In this document: piece after piece, positions 9,824-22,783 of the stretch
Layout of the letters: the number at the start of each line of letters is the position of its first letter
Numbering within the stretch: position 1 is the stretch's first letter
DNA from: a virus
Virus record (IMG/VR): IMGVR_UViG_3300032282_005588
Span: 16,083-80,082 of that record
Direction: 5' to 3' (one strand)
Length of the DNA: 64,000 nucleotides
Translations under genes and position numbers: made by a program
Notes under the pieces: generated by a model
What the model saw: the letters and a program-made list of their open reading frames with translations, nothing else
What the model was told of the DNA's origin: nothing
Databases searched by the model: none

Positions 9824-10564
9824 ATGAAAATACCAAAAAACATACTACAATCAATTATTTCAAAATATTATTTAGGCGGACTTATAGAGTCTGTAAAATG
9901 GTCAATAAATCAAGATAAACAATTGATTATCAATTTTATTTCACCTAGTGGGGAGATGATTGGTAATGTAACATGTAATGATTTTGATATAGAATCTACA
10001 GATATTGGGATTAGTAATACTTCCCAATTAATAAAATTACTACAAGTAACAAATGAAGAATTAGAATTAAATTTTGTTAAACAAAATAAAATTTATACTA
10101 AATTAAATATATCTGATAAGCAATTTAATGTTAGTTATACATTAGCAGATTTAATGATAATACCAAAACCAGCTACTATTGGTGATGTTGATTTTATTAT
10201 TGAATTTCCATTAATAGTAAATGATATCAATGCTTTAATAAAAGCTAAAAACGCATTACCTGATAGTGAAACAGTAGTTATATCTCATGACATTTTGAAT
10301 GGAAATAAAATTAAATTAGAATTTGGAGGAGATATTGAGTACGCTAATAAGATATTATATAATATTGATATGTCTGATGATAATTTAAATATGGATTTTG
10401 ATATTAATTCATTATATAATTCAAATATAATAAAAGAAATATTATCTAATAATAAAGACACAGATTATGCTACTATGGCTTTAAATCCTGAAGGTATAAT
10501 GAGATTATCATTTCATAAAGAAAACATAACATCAATTTATTTTCTTGTGGCTAAGGAAAAATAA
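9824..10564 (+). CDS. Sliding clamp (T4 gp45/PCNA-like)
   Basis: 246 aa with an alternating beta/alpha pattern, located between PolB and the clamp loader. Confidence 0.65.
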   Translation: MKIPKNILQSIISKYYLGGLIESVKWSINQDKQLIINFISPSGEMIGNVTCNDFDIESTDIGISNTSQLIKLLQVTNEELELNFVKQNKIYTKLNISDKQFNVSYTLADLMIIPKPATIGDVDFIIEFPLIVNDINALIKAKNALPDSETVVISHDILNGNKIKLEFGGDIEYANKILYNIDMSDDNLNMDFDINSLYNSNIIKEILSNNKDTDYATMALNPEGIMRLSFHKENITSIYFLVAKEK

Positions 10565-10605
10565 TTATGTATATTTATAAATAAAGTTTTAATAAATAAA
10601 AGTAT

Positions 10606-12545
<1,940 letters not shown>

Positions 12546-12546
12546 T

Positions 12547-12780
12547 ATGAATATTATAGAAACATTAATAGCTACTAGAATAAAGGGTGATACTTGGAAA
12601 TTATTAGAAGATGATTCAATTCACCCAAATCTAACAGAAACACTGGAAGCATATTTCCAATTAATACAAAAACCAGTCGAATTTAAATTAACTCCCTTTA
12701 AGGGAGAATTATATGTTATATCAACAGAAAATGAAGAAATTATACCTCCTAAAAAGTATAATATATATGGAGATTTTTAA
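12547..12780 (+). CDS. Hypothetical protein
   Basis: 77 aa ORF in the operon. Confidence 0.6.
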   Translation: MNIIETLIATRIKGDTWKLLEDDSIHPNLTETLEAYFQLIQKPVEFKLTPFKGELYVISTENEEIIPPKKYNIYGDF

Positions 12781-12798
12781 ATAAAACAAAAATAAGTT

Positions 12799-13716
12799 AT
12801 GAAAAGAGAACACACAATTTGGAATGAATTATACAGACCAAATTCAGTAGAAAGTTATATATGTAATGATGATTTAAAATCACAATTAGAATCTTATATA
12901 TCTAATCAAGATATCCCACATTTGATGTTAGTAGGAAAACCAGGCTCTGGGAAAACTACATTAGGTAAACTTTTAGTAAAAAATATAGATTGTGATTGTT
13001 TATATATAAATGCTGCTGATGAGAGAAGTATAGATGTAATGAGAGATAAAGTTGGAGCGTTTGCCTCATCAAATACATTCAAATCTCTTAAAATTGTTAT
13101 ATTAGATGAAGCATCAAATTTATTACAAGCATCCCAAGTACTTCTTCTTAATATGATTGAAACATATAGTTTAAAAACTAGATTTATTTTAACAGGAAAT
13201 TATATAGAAAGATTTATTGATCCTTTAAGAAGTAGATGTACTGAATTAGATTTATCTCCACCACCTAAAAAAATTATAGCTAAACATCTAGCAAATATAT
13301 TAGATAAGGAATCTATAAAATATGAATTGGAAGATATTGTTAAAGTAATTAATAAATTTTATCCTGATTTTAGGAAAATAATTAATTATTCACAAAAATT
13401 TAGTCTAAACGGTACTCTAGAATTAGATAATAAAGCTGAGTTAAGTGAAGATTATAATAAAGATATACTAAAAGAATTATCTAAACCTAAACCAAACTTC
13501 ACAACTATCAGACAAATAATTAGTGACTCAGGATATTCAGAATTTGATGATTTATATAGATTTTTATATGATAATTCATCTACATTTATCCCAGGAAAAG
13601 AGGGACAATTATCATATATAATTAATGAACATATATATCAATCTAATTTTAGACTTGATAAGGAAATTAATATAGCTTCTTGTATAGCAAAAATCATTGA
13701 ATTAAAACTAAATTAA
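12799..13716 (+). CDS. Clamp loader AAA+ subunit (RFC / T4 gp44-like)
   Basis: W.ELYRP, GKPGSGKTT, INAADER, ILDEA, LRSRC. Confidence 0.92.
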   Translation: MKREHTIWNELYRPNSVESYICNDDLKSQLESYISNQDIPHLMLVGKPGSGKTTLGKLLVKNIDCDCLYINAADERSIDVMRDKVGAFASSNTFKSLKIVILDEASNLLQASQVLLLNMIETYSLKTRFILTGNYIERFIDPLRSRCTELDLSPPPKKIIAKHLANILDKESIKYELEDIVKVINKFYPDFRKIINYSQKFSLNGTLELDNKAELSEDYNKDILKELSKPKPNFTTIRQIISDSGYSEFDDLYRFLYDNSSTFIPGKEGQLSYIINEHIYQSNFRLDKEINIASCIAKIIELKLN

Positions 13717-13737
13717 TAAAAATTATAACAACATAAA

Positions 13738-13986
13738 ATGCAACAACCACAAATCGATTTAGCATCAACCACCCCTCTATTATCTCCTAATGGTAATAGA
13801 GTATTTGCCCAAGGATTTATTTTACAAAAATTATCTAAATTTATAGCAGGAACCCCAGAAGACGCTATCATACCAGTACCAGTCTTCTATGATATTGAAA
13901 CCAATAAGGTATTAATTGAAATGTTACCTAAAGAATTTAGACAAGAATTCCAAGATAAATACGATGAACAAGACCCAAGTAAATAA
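13738..13986 (+). CDS. Hypothetical protein
   Basis: 82 aa ORF in the replication operon. Confidence 0.6.
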   Translation: MQQPQIDLASTTPLLSPNGNRVFAQGFILQKLSKFIAGTPEDAIIPVPVFYDIETNKVLIEMLPKEFRQEFQDKYDEQDPSK

Positions 13987-14335
13987 ATCTAAAGATATAT
14001 TTTCATGGTTAAAAGAAATAACATATATTAAATCACCATGGAAATCCTTTAATGAATATGATAAAAAAACATTTGAGGTTTATATGATTCATAGATTAAT
14101 ATCAATGTATGAACCATATTTAACTATAGCTAATACTGCTCAATTATTCCCATACTCAGATAAAGAAAAAATATATAATTTTTATTGTGAAATGTTACCT
14201 AAAAAATATATATTTGCTCCATATATTAAAGGTAAAAAAGAAAAAAAATACACAGAAGAAGTATTAAAAGAAATATCTCAATTATATCAATGTTCAATAA
14301 GAGAAGCTAAAGAATATATAGAATTAATAAAATGA
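13964..14335 (+). CDS. Clamp loader small subunit (T4 gp62-like)
   Basis: YMIHRLISM, LPKK..F..YIK, YQCSIREAKEY. Confidence 0.7.
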   Translation: MNKTQVNKSKDIFSWLKEITYIKSPWKSFNEYDKKTFEVYMIHRLISMYEPYLTIANTAQLFPYSDKEKIYNFYCEMLPKKYIFAPYIKGKKEKKYTEEVLKEISQLYQCSIREAKEYIELIK

Positions 14336-14673
14336 AAAATATAGACAAATTAAAAGAAGAATTCCCAACAATATCTGGGGGTTATAAAAATATTATAGGT
14401 GAACAATATGAATTATTTGCATCTAAACATCTCTCGTATGGTATGGATAATATTAGTATGGGAACCCAACTAAAAACCCCAGAAGAAAAAAAATTAGCAC
14501 TAACAGCTGTTTGGATAAGGATGAATGATAAAATGAATAGATTGAAAAATCTGGTTCTCTTAAATAAGGAAAACACAATCCAAGATGAATCAATTGAAGA
14601 TACTTTTAAGGATTTATCCAATTATGCCATTATAGCTCAATTAGTTATTAAAGACCAATGGGTTAAAGAATAA
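14332..14673 (+). CDS. DUF1599 / nucleotide-modification-associated domain protein
   Basis: K...YG, IRMNDK..RL, ESIEDT..DL.NYAII. Confidence 0.7.
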   Translation: MKNIDKLKEEFPTISGGYKNIIGEQYELFASKHLSYGMDNISMGTQLKTPEEKKLALTAVWIRMNDKMNRLKNLVLLNKENTIQDESIEDTFKDLSNYAIIAQLVIKDQWVKE

Positions 14674-15620
14674 TGTCTAAAAAAATCCCCCAAATAGTAA
14701 AAAATATACAAAATACTATATTCAATGAAATTGATTATAGATATCAAAAAAATATATCATATAGTCAATTAGCTATGTTTACTAATTGTCCCCATAAATG
14801 GTCACTACAATATAGAGATGGAAATTATATATATGAACAAACAATCCATACAATATTCGGGACAGCTATGCATAACACTATCCAAAATTATTTAACTCAA
14901 GCTTATAATATAAGTGGTGCTGAAGCTAATAGGATTGATTTAAATGAATATTTTGAATCAGAACTTAGTAAAATATATAAGGAAAGTTATGCTAGTAATA
15001 ACAAAACCCATTTTACTAATCCTGCTGAATTAAGAGAATTTTATGATGATGGTGTTGAGATATTAGATTTTCTTAAAAAAAGAAAAAATGAATATTTTAA
15101 TAAAAACGGGTGGTATTTAGTAGGATGTGAAATCCCAATCCAATTAGTACCAAATTCAGAATATAAAAATACAATATATAAAGGATTTTTAGATATGGTA
15201 TTATATCATGAACCTACTAATAAATTTAAAATATATGACTTTAAAACGAGTAGATCGGGTTGGAATGATTTAACTAAAAAGGATGAATTAAAACAATTCC
15301 AATTAATATTATATAAACATTTCTTCAGTGTTTTACATAAAATACCCATTGATAATATAGATGTTGAATTTATTATTTTAAAAAGAAAATTATGGGAAAA
15401 AAGTGAATTCGTACAAAAACGAATACAAACATTTTCTCCCCCAAGTGGAAAAATTAAATCCAAAAAAGCACTACAATTATTAGATAATTTTATAACATCT
15501 TGTTTTAATATTGATGGTTCATATAAAACAGATATTTTTAACCCAACACCTGATAAAACCAACTGTTCATATTGTCCATGGAAATCTAAAAAAGATTTTT
15601 GCTCTGAAGGTATATCTTAA
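14673..15620 (+). CDS. PD-(D/E)XK exonuclease (Cas4/RecB-like)
   Basis: ISYSQL...CP, FGTAMH, GFLD, IYDFKT, QL.LY, C..CPW....C. Confidence 0.8.
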   Translation: MSKKIPQIVKNIQNTIFNEIDYRYQKNISYSQLAMFTNCPHKWSLQYRDGNYIYEQTIHTIFGTAMHNTIQNYLTQAYNISGAEANRIDLNEYFESELSKIYKESYASNNKTHFTNPAELREFYDDGVEILDFLKKRKNEYFNKNGWYLVGCEIPIQLVPNSEYKNTIYKGFLDMVLYHEPTNKFKIYDFKTSRSGWNDLTKKDELKQFQLILYKHFFSVLHKIPIDNIDVEFIILKRKLWEKSEFVQKRIQTFSPPSGKIKSKKALQLLDNFITSCFNIDGSYKTDIFNPTPDKTNCSYCPWKSKKDFCSEGIS

Positions 15621-15665
15621 ATATATATCAATATATTTATATATGTATATATTAATATAAATAAA

Positions 15666-15848
15666 ATGGTAGCAACAAATAAAGACAGAATAACAACATC
15701 TGTTAGAATAGATCCTTTGTTATTTGAGGAATTTAAAATAACATCTATTAAATATAAATTCTCTTTTCAAAAATTATCTGATAGAGTATTACATTTATAT
15801 AACACAGATCCTGAATTTCGTAAACTTATCCACAACACAAAAATTTAA
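15666..15848 (+). CDS. Small ribbon-helix-helix-like DNA-binding protein
   Basis: TTSVRIDP.LFEEFK strand-helix pattern. Confidence 0.5.
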   Translation: MVATNKDRITTSVRIDPLLFEEFKITSIKYKFSFQKLSDRVLHLYNTDPEFRKLIHNTKI

Positions 15849-15856
15849 ATAAAAAA

Positions 15857-17296
15857 ATGTATAAAGAAGGTTATATACCAAAAGAACAACGAAAACGTAT
15901 TCTCTTAATCACAGATGATATAAGAGTTCATTCTGGGGTAGGTTCAATAGGAAGAGAAATAGTTCTCCATACATCCCATAGATATAATTGGGTTTGTATA
16001 GGAGGAGCAATCCAACATCCAGATATAGGTAAACGATTTGATTTATCTGATGAAACTAATAAAATGGTAGGGATTGATGATTCTAATATTATTTTATACC
16101 CAACAAATGGTTATGGGGATCCTGATTTGATTAGATATATGATTAAGAATGAAAAAATTGATGCTATATTTTTAATTACGGACCCAAGATATTTTACTTG
16201 GTTATTCCAAATGGAAAATGAAATTAGAAAGAAAGTACCAATAACTTATCTTAATATTTGGGACTCAGTACCAGCCCCAATGTATAATAAAGAATTTTAT
16301 GAATCATGTGATTCTTTATTAGGTATATCTAAACAAACAGTTAATATTAATAAAATAGTTTTAGGAGATAAATCCCAACAAAAAATAATAAGTTATGTTC
16401 CTCATGGTTTAAATCATAATTTTTTCTTCCCAATAGATGAAAATCATAAAGATTGGGATAAATTTAAAGAATTTAAGAAAACATTATTTGGAGAAAAAGA
16501 ATACAAATACACAGCTATATTTAATTCTCGTAATATTAGAAGAAAACAAGTATCAGATGTTATATTAGCTTGGAGAATGTTTTGTGATAAAATTGGGGAA
16601 GAACAAGCCAAAGATTGTGCTTTAATACTTCATACACAACCCCAAGATGAAAATGGTACAGATTTACAAGCATTAATAGAATACTTATGTCCCGATTATT
16701 GTAATGTACTTATATCACATAATAAATTAGCTACTGAACATATGAATTATTTATATAATTGTGCTGATATAGGAATATTATTATCATCAAATGAGGGTTG
16801 GGGATTAATGTTAACTGAATGTTTATTAACAGGAACACCATTCATAGCTAATGTTACTGGAGGGATGCAAGATCAAATGAGATTTGAAGATGAAGATGAA
16901 GAATGGATTGATTTTAATGAAGATTTTCCATCAAACCATAAAGGTACCTATACAAAGTGTGGTGATTGGGCATTTCCAGTATTTCCTAAAGTAAATACTT
17001 TAGTAGGTTCTATTCCAACTCCATATATATTTGATGATATTTGCAATACTGGTGATGTGGTAGATAGATTAATACAAACATATTATATAGGTAAAGAAAA
17101 ATTATCTAATAAAGGTTTAAAAGGAAGAAAATGGGCAACATCATCAGAAGCTGGATTTACAATGGAATATCAAGCTGATAGAATTATTGAAAATATGGAT
17201 AAATTATTTGAAACATGGACTCCTAGGGAGAAATATGAATTATTAGCAGATACAGATTATCAACCTAGGGTTTTAAAACATAAACTTACTTATTAA
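15857..17296 (+). CDS. Glycosyltransferase (GT-B, GT4-like)
   Basis: HSGVG, VPHG, RNIRRK, NEGWGL..TE. Confidence 0.85.
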   Translation: MYKEGYIPKEQRKRILLITDDIRVHSGVGSIGREIVLHTSHRYNWVCIGGAIQHPDIGKRFDLSDETNKMVGIDDSNIILYPTNGYGDPDLIRYMIKNEKIDAIFLITDPRYFTWLFQMENEIRKKVPITYLNIWDSVPAPMYNKEFYESCDSLLGISKQTVNINKIVLGDKSQQKIISYVPHGLNHNFFFPIDENHKDWDKFKEFKKTLFGEKEYKYTAIFNSRNIRRKQVSDVILAWRMFCDKIGEEQAKDCALILHTQPQDENGTDLQALIEYLCPDYCNVLISHNKLATEHMNYLYNCADIGILLSSNEGWGLMLTECLLTGTPFIANVTGGMQDQMRFEDEDEEWIDFNEDFPSNHKGTYTKCGDWAFPVFPKVNTLVGSIPTPYIFDDICNTGDVVDRLIQTYYIGKEKLSNKGLKGRKWATSSEAGFTMEYQADRIIENMDKLFETWTPREKYELLADTDYQPRVLKHKLTY

Positions 17297-17303
17297 TAAA
17301 AAT

Positions 17304-18641
17304 ATGAATACAAATAAAAATACATGCGTAATATCATGTCCTATAGATTGTTATAGTGGTTATAGTTCTCGTAGTCGTGATCTAGTTAAATCAATAATTG
17401 AATCTAAAAATGAAGAATGGGATATAAAAATTTTACCTCAACGTTGGGGAAATTGTTCTTGGGGATTTATTGAAGATAATATTGAACAATGGGGTTTTTT
17501 AAAAAATTATCTACTACCTCAAGGTCCATTAACACAACAACCTGATATTTGGATGCAAATTACTGTTCCAAACGAATTCCAACCTATAGGAAAATACAAT
17601 ATAGGTATTACAGCAGGAATTGAAACAACATTGGCTCATGGGTCTTGGATTGATGGATGTAATAGAATGAATTTAGTATTAGTATCATCTAAACATTCAA
17701 AAGATGTTTTATTAAATTCAAAATATAATAAAGTAAACCCTCAAACAAATCAATCAGAAGGTATTCTAGAATTAAAAACTCCAATAGAAGTATTGTTTGA
17801 AGGTACTGATGTTAATATATATAAACCAATTACTTCAACCAATAAAAATATTAACTTAAAAGATATTCCTGAGAGTTTTTGTTTTCTATATACTGGGGCT
17901 TGGTTACAAGGTGATATAGGTCAAGATAGAAAGAATACTGGGTTGTTAATTAAAGCTTTTTATGAAACATTTAAAAACCATCCATCACCTCCGGCTTTAA
18001 TTTTAAAAACAAATGGCGCTAATTCATCATATATGGATAGAAGAGAAATCCTTAGAAGAATTAATATTATTAAAAGTAGTGTTATAGCTAAAACTTTACC
18101 TAAAATTTATTTACTCCATGGGGATTTTACAGATGAAGAAATAAACGAATTATATAACAATAATAAGGTTAAAGCCATGATTAATTTAACTAAAGGAGAA
18201 GGATTTGGTAGACCATTACTTGAATTTAGTATGGTGGGTAAACCAATAGCTACTAGTAATTGGTCAGGACATTTGGATTTTTTAAGTTCTGAAAATACAT
18301 TTTTAATCGATGGTAAATTAGAAAATGTCCATCCATCAGCATTAATGGAAAATATTATTATACCTGAATCACAATGGTTTTCTCCTGATACTATCCAAGC
18401 AAGTACGGCAATGCAAGATATATTTTTAAATTATAAAAAATGGGAAAAATTAGCTATAAAACAAAGACAATATAATTCCGAGAACTATTGTTGGGAGAAA
18501 ATGAAAGCGTTAGTAAACGTTTATTTTAGCAAATATATACCTGAATTGCCTAAAAAAGTTCAATTGGTTCTTCCAAAATTGAAAAAAATAGAATTACCAT
18601 CTTTAAAAACTAAAGAAATCTCTTTGGAAGAGCAAAAATAA
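17304..18641 (+). CDS. Glycosyltransferase (GT-B, GT4-like)
   Basis: SGYS, DRKN, GEGFGRPLLE, WSGH.DF. Confidence 0.85.
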   Translation: MNTNKNTCVISCPIDCYSGYSSRSRDLVKSIIESKNEEWDIKILPQRWGNCSWGFIEDNIEQWGFLKNYLLPQGPLTQQPDIWMQITVPNEFQPIGKYNIGITAGIETTLAHGSWIDGCNRMNLVLVSSKHSKDVLLNSKYNKVNPQTNQSEGILELKTPIEVLFEGTDVNIYKPITSTNKNINLKDIPESFCFLYTGAWLQGDIGQDRKNTGLLIKAFYETFKNHPSPPALILKTNGANSSYMDRREILRRINIIKSSVIAKTLPKIYLLHGDFTDEEINELYNNNKVKAMINLTKGEGFGRPLLEFSMVGKPIATSNWSGHLDFLSSENTFLIDGKLENVHPSALMENIIIPESQWFSPDTIQASTAMQDIFLNYKKWEKLAIKQRQYNSENYCWEKMKALVNVYFSKYIPELPKKVQLVLPKLKKIELPSLKTKEISLEEQK

Positions 18642-18658
18642 TATAATATATTAATAAT

Positions 18659-19186
18659 ATGAATGATAATTTAATTAAATGTGATAAATGTGGTGATACT
18701 TGGTGTTATGAAACCATTATCCCTTCAATAAACCCCGATGTTCCTAACATTAAATCATATCATTGTTTTTCATGTGGTTTTATAACTAATACTTTAATGG
18801 AAAAAGGTGAAGAATTTTTTGATAAACAAATGGAAGTCCTCCCAGAACTATATAAAGATATAGCTTTTATTGATGCTAATAATAAAACATGGATTCCATC
18901 AACTACAAATATATCTAATCAAGGTATGGTATTTATAGATGGTAAAGATAATGAAGATTGGGGATGGGCTGGGGTAAAAGCAATACCTGTTAAAGAAGAA
19001 GAAAAACATAAATATCCAATGCCTGGTAAGAAAGGAGAGTTCTATTCTTATAGAATGGATATGAGTACATTAAAGAATTTTGGTCAGGAAGGTTATATTG
19101 AAGCTTTATGTTATGTTGGAATTATAACTGAAGAATTTATCAAATCCTTTATTCCAAAACAAGAACCTAATTATAATATTAATTAA
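18659..19186 (+). CDS. Hypothetical protein with an N-terminal Zn-ribbon
   Basis: CDKC...CFSCG. Confidence 0.6.
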   Translation: MNDNLIKCDKCGDTWCYETIIPSINPDVPNIKSYHCFSCGFITNTLMEKGEEFFDKQMEVLPELYKDIAFIDANNKTWIPSTTNISNQGMVFIDGKDNEDWGWAGVKAIPVKEEEKHKYPMPGKKGEFYSYRMDMSTLKNFGQEGYIEALCYVGIITEEFIKSFIPKQEPNYNIN

Positions 19187-19209
19187 ATCTATATTCATTT
19201 ATATAAAAT

Positions 19210-19839
19210 ATGAGAACATTAAAAATTTCATATGGGATAACAGTTTGTAATGAATTAGAAGAAATAAAACGTTTAATTCCATTTCTTCATGAGCATATTC
19301 GTCCTGAAGATGAAATTTGTGTTTTATTAGATAAACCAAAAGCATCTCAATCATTATTAGATATACTTTATTGGTGGTCATCAAATGATTGGATTAAATT
19401 AAAAGAAAGTATATTTCAAGGGCATTTTGCTGAATGGAAAAATGAATTAGGAGATATGTGTTCTGGAAATATAATTTTTCAACTTGATGCAGATGAAATT
19501 CCTCATATCAATTTAATTGAAAACTTACCTTTTATTTTAGGAAATAATGAATCAGATATTATATTAGTACCTAGAGTAAATATTGTATATGGGATTACTG
19601 AACAACATCTTAAAGCATGGGGTTGGAAACAAAATGAGAAATTATGGCAACAATGGCCTGATTTTCAGTGGCGTATTTATAAAAACACTCCTAACATTAA
19701 ATGGAAAAATAAAGTTCATGAAGTTTTAGATGGATTCAAAACTTATTCTAATTTACCTGAAATGGAGGAATATGCTTTATATCACCCAAAAACAATAGAA
19801 AAACAAGAAAAACAAAACAGTTATTATAATACATTATGA
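19210..19839 (+). CDS. Glycosyltransferase family 2
   Basis: ISYGITVCNE, FQLDADE, VHE. Confidence 0.85.
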   Translation: MRTLKISYGITVCNELEEIKRLIPFLHEHIRPEDEICVLLDKPKASQSLLDILYWWSSNDWIKLKESIFQGHFAEWKNELGDMCSGNIIFQLDADEIPHINLIENLPFILGNNESDIILVPRVNIVYGITEQHLKAWGWKQNEKLWQQWPDFQWRIYKNTPNIKWKNKVHEVLDGFKTYSNLPEMEEYALYHPKTIEKQEKQNSYYNTL

Positions 19840-20654
19840 AATTATTTATAAATCACCTTAATAAAGAAAATATAGAAAGTAATCTAGAAAAATGCAAACA
19901 TATTGATTTTTCACTTTTTATTGATGACGTTCCTAAATCTCAAGATGATTTATCCTCAATTAATATTTTAGTTCTTCAAGAACCAAATGAATATTTTGGT
20001 TTACATGATTATGCAATTCAAAATAAACATCTGTTTTCATTTATTTTAACTTGGGATGATAAAATGCTAAATAATTGTGAAAATGCTTTATTTTTACCAT
20101 TTGGGCATACTTGGTTTAAACCAGACCAATATGAAAAAAATCATACTAAAAAATTCCAAATTTCCCATCTATGTGGAAAATTATTAAAAACATATGGTCA
20201 GTCTATTCGTCATGAGGTTTTAGCTAGAAAAAACGAAATCAAAACACCTACTAAATTCTTTGACGTTTATGGAGATAGATATAATATTGAAGATGCTAGA
20301 AAAGGAAAAGAAGAAGTATTTGGTGATTCAATGTTTGGAGTAGCTATTGAAAATACTTCACATAATGGTTATTTTACTGAGAAAATTTTAGATTGTTTTT
20401 TACTTAAAACTATTCCTATATATTGGGGATGTACAGACATAGGTAAATTCTTTAATAAAGAAGGTATAATAACATTTGGAAATGTAGATGAATTTATTTA
20501 TATTTCAAATAATTTAACAAAAGATTTTTATAATTCGAAAAAAGATATAATAGAAGAAAATTATCAAAAAGCACTTTATTATGTTGATTATGAACAAAAT
20601 ATAATAAATAAAATAACTGAGGTGTTTGAATTAAATAATTTAATACAAAAATAA
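19836..20654 (+). CDS. Glycosyltransferase, GT10-like
   Basis: AIEN....GYFTEKI.DCF...TIPIYWG. Confidence 0.75.
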   Translation: MKLFINHLNKENIESNLEKCKHIDFSLFIDDVPKSQDDLSSINILVLQEPNEYFGLHDYAIQNKHLFSFILTWDDKMLNNCENALFLPFGHTWFKPDQYEKNHTKKFQISHLCGKLLKTYGQSIRHEVLARKNEIKTPTKFFDVYGDRYNIEDARKGKEEVFGDSMFGVAIENTSHNGYFTEKILDCFLLKTIPIYWGCTDIGKFFNKEGIITFGNVDEFIYISNNLTKDFYNSKKDIIEENYQKALYYVDYEQNIINKITEVFELNNLIQK

Positions 20655-20657
20655 ATT

Positions 20658-21974
20658 ATGAAAGAAATTTTAGACTTAGTTGATAAGTATATAAAAGAAA
20701 AACATTCCCAGAAAAAATGGGAAGCTGGAAAAGATTGGGTCCAATATGCTGGACCTTATTTTTCTTCAGATGAATATGTAGCAGCGGTCAAAACATTATT
20801 AGGAGAATGGTTAGTATTAGGAGCTGAAGCAATTAAGTTTGAAACTAAATTTCCTAAATACTTTGATAAGAAATTTGGTTTACTAACTAATAGTGGCTCA
20901 TCAGCTAATCTACTTATGATGTTAGTAATGACTTCTAAACGTGGTTACAATTTACCTAAAGGAACTAAAGTAATAACACCTATAGCTGGGTTTCCAACAA
21001 CAATTAATCCTATTATACAATTAGGATTTACTCCTATATTTGTTGATATTGAATTAGAAACACTTAATCTAGACCTAGATCAAGTAGAACAAGCATGTAT
21101 TGACAACCCAGACACTAAAATTATTACATTCGCACACGTATTAGGAAATCCTCCTGATATGAAACGTTTAATGGAGATAGTAGAAAAATATAAATTAATT
21201 CTATTAGAAGATTGTTGTGATGCTTTAGGATCAACTTATGAAGGTAAAAAATTAGGTTCATTTGGTGAAATGGCTTCATGCTCATTTTACCCAGCACATC
21301 ACATGACAATGGGTGAGGGTGGATTTGTAGCATGTAAAGATGAAAAAACAGAACGAATTATTCGTAGTTTTAGAGAATGGGGTAGAGGATGTTATTGTGT
21401 TGGTAAACAAAACTTATTAGAAAAAGGAACATGCGATTGTAGATTTAGTAACTGGTTACCATCACTCCCAGATTATGTTTTTGATCATAAGTACACTTAT
21501 GAAGAGATTGGTTATAATTTAAAACCAATTGAATTACAAGCATCTATTGGTTTAGTACAAATAGAAAAACTAAAAGATATAGGTGAAAAAAGAAGAGAAA
21601 ACTATACTAATTTATTTAAAGTATTTTCTAAATATGAAAAATATTTTCACTTACATAGAGCACAACCAGGATCAGACCCAGATTGGTTTGCATTCCCCGT
21701 AACAGTTAGAGATGATGCTCCATTCAAACGATCAGATATTTGTCAGTTCTTTGAAGCAAATAAAATCCAAACAAGACCATATTTTGCAGGAAATATTATG
21801 TTACAACCTGCTTACGCTGGATTAATGGATCCTAAAGAAGTTATAGAAAAATATCCTGTAGCTAGAAAAGTAACAACTGATACATTCTTTTTAGGAACAA
21901 GTCCAGTTATTAATAAAGAAAAAATAGATTACATTGAAACAATTTTAGATAAGTTTATAAATGAATACAAATAA
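20658..21974 (+). CDS. rfbH: NDP-4-keto-6-deoxyglucose 3-dehydrase (E1, RfbH/DdhC)
   Basis: NSGSSANL, EDCCDALG, SFYPAHH.TMGEGG (His in place of the PLP Lys), WGR.CYC, CDCRF, DHKY.Y.EIGYNLK. Confidence 0.9.
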   Translation: MKEILDLVDKYIKEKHSQKKWEAGKDWVQYAGPYFSSDEYVAAVKTLLGEWLVLGAEAIKFETKFPKYFDKKFGLLTNSGSSANLLMMLVMTSKRGYNLPKGTKVITPIAGFPTTINPIIQLGFTPIFVDIELETLNLDLDQVEQACIDNPDTKIITFAHVLGNPPDMKRLMEIVEKYKLILLEDCCDALGSTYEGKKLGSFGEMASCSFYPAHHMTMGEGGFVACKDEKTERIIRSFREWGRGCYCVGKQNLLEKGTCDCRFSNWLPSLPDYVFDHKYTYEEIGYNLKPIELQASIGLVQIEKLKDIGEKRRENYTNLFKVFSKYEKYFHLHRAQPGSDPDWFAFPVTVRDDAPFKRSDICQFFEANKIQTRPYFAGNIMLQPAYAGLMDPKEVIEKYPVARKVTTDTFFLGTSPVINKEKIDYIETILDKFINEYK

Positions 21975-22776
21975 TGTTAACTTTTTAATAGGTGGTAAAT
22001 TAGGTGATTTTTTACTTGCATTATATGGTGTTAGAGGTTATTGTGAATCTAATAATAAAAAAGCAACTATATATATGATTGATATAGGGTGGGATTTTGG
22101 GATAAATAATACATATGAAGCTTTAAAAAATATTATTTTAAATCAAGTATATGTAAATGATTTTAAAATATTAAATAAAGAAGATTATTATTTAGATCCT
22201 ATTCAAACCCCTTCTAAAAATAGTCCTATAATAATTTATAATAAAAATTTACTAAAAGAAGGATATATTTCAAATGATTATTTAAATTCACCTTATCTTT
22301 ATAAAAAATGTTGGCCCATAATATTCAGTCATTTATATAATTTTAATATAAAAAAACCAACAATATGGATTAAATATGACCAAATAGATAATAAATTTAA
22401 GAATAAAATAATCATACATCGAAAATACGCCCCAGAAAGATTTAATAATCAATTTCCATATGAATTAATTATAGAAAAATATAAAGACAACATTATATTT
22501 GTATCTACAACAATAAACGATTATGAAAAATTTCCATATAAAAATAATATTGAATTTCATCAAATAAAAAATATTGAAGAATGGTTCACAATAATAAATT
22601 CTTGTTCAATATTTGTAGGTAACTTAACTGCGCCTATAGTGATAGCAGATTCTATGAATAAACTACGTATAGTAGAATTACCCCATAATGAAGATGCATA
22701 TCACTGGATAGGAGCAGAACAATACTCAGACACAATTAAGTGGTTTTTAACAGATCAATATCACAATTTAAACTAA
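21961..22776 (+). CDS. Glycosyltransferase (GT9-like)
   Basis: GKLGDFL and INSCSIFVGN.TAP. Confidence 0.55.
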   Translation: MNTNNVNFLIGGKLGDFLLALYGVRGYCESNNKKATIYMIDIGWDFGINNTYEALKNIILNQVYVNDFKILNKEDYYLDPIQTPSKNSPIIIYNKNLLKEGYISNDYLNSPYLYKKCWPIIFSHLYNFNIKKPTIWIKYDQIDNKFKNKIIIHRKYAPERFNNQFPYELIIEKYKDNIIFVSTTINDYEKFPYKNNIEFHQIKNIEEWFTIINSCSIFVGNLTAPIVIADSMNKLRIVELPHNEDAYHWIGAEQYSDTIKWFLTDQYHNLN

Positions 22777-22783
22777 TAATAAA

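Noticed and set aside
14673-15620. Cas4 of a CRISPR system
   Set aside because: No cas1/cas2 or array. It sits in the replication operon.
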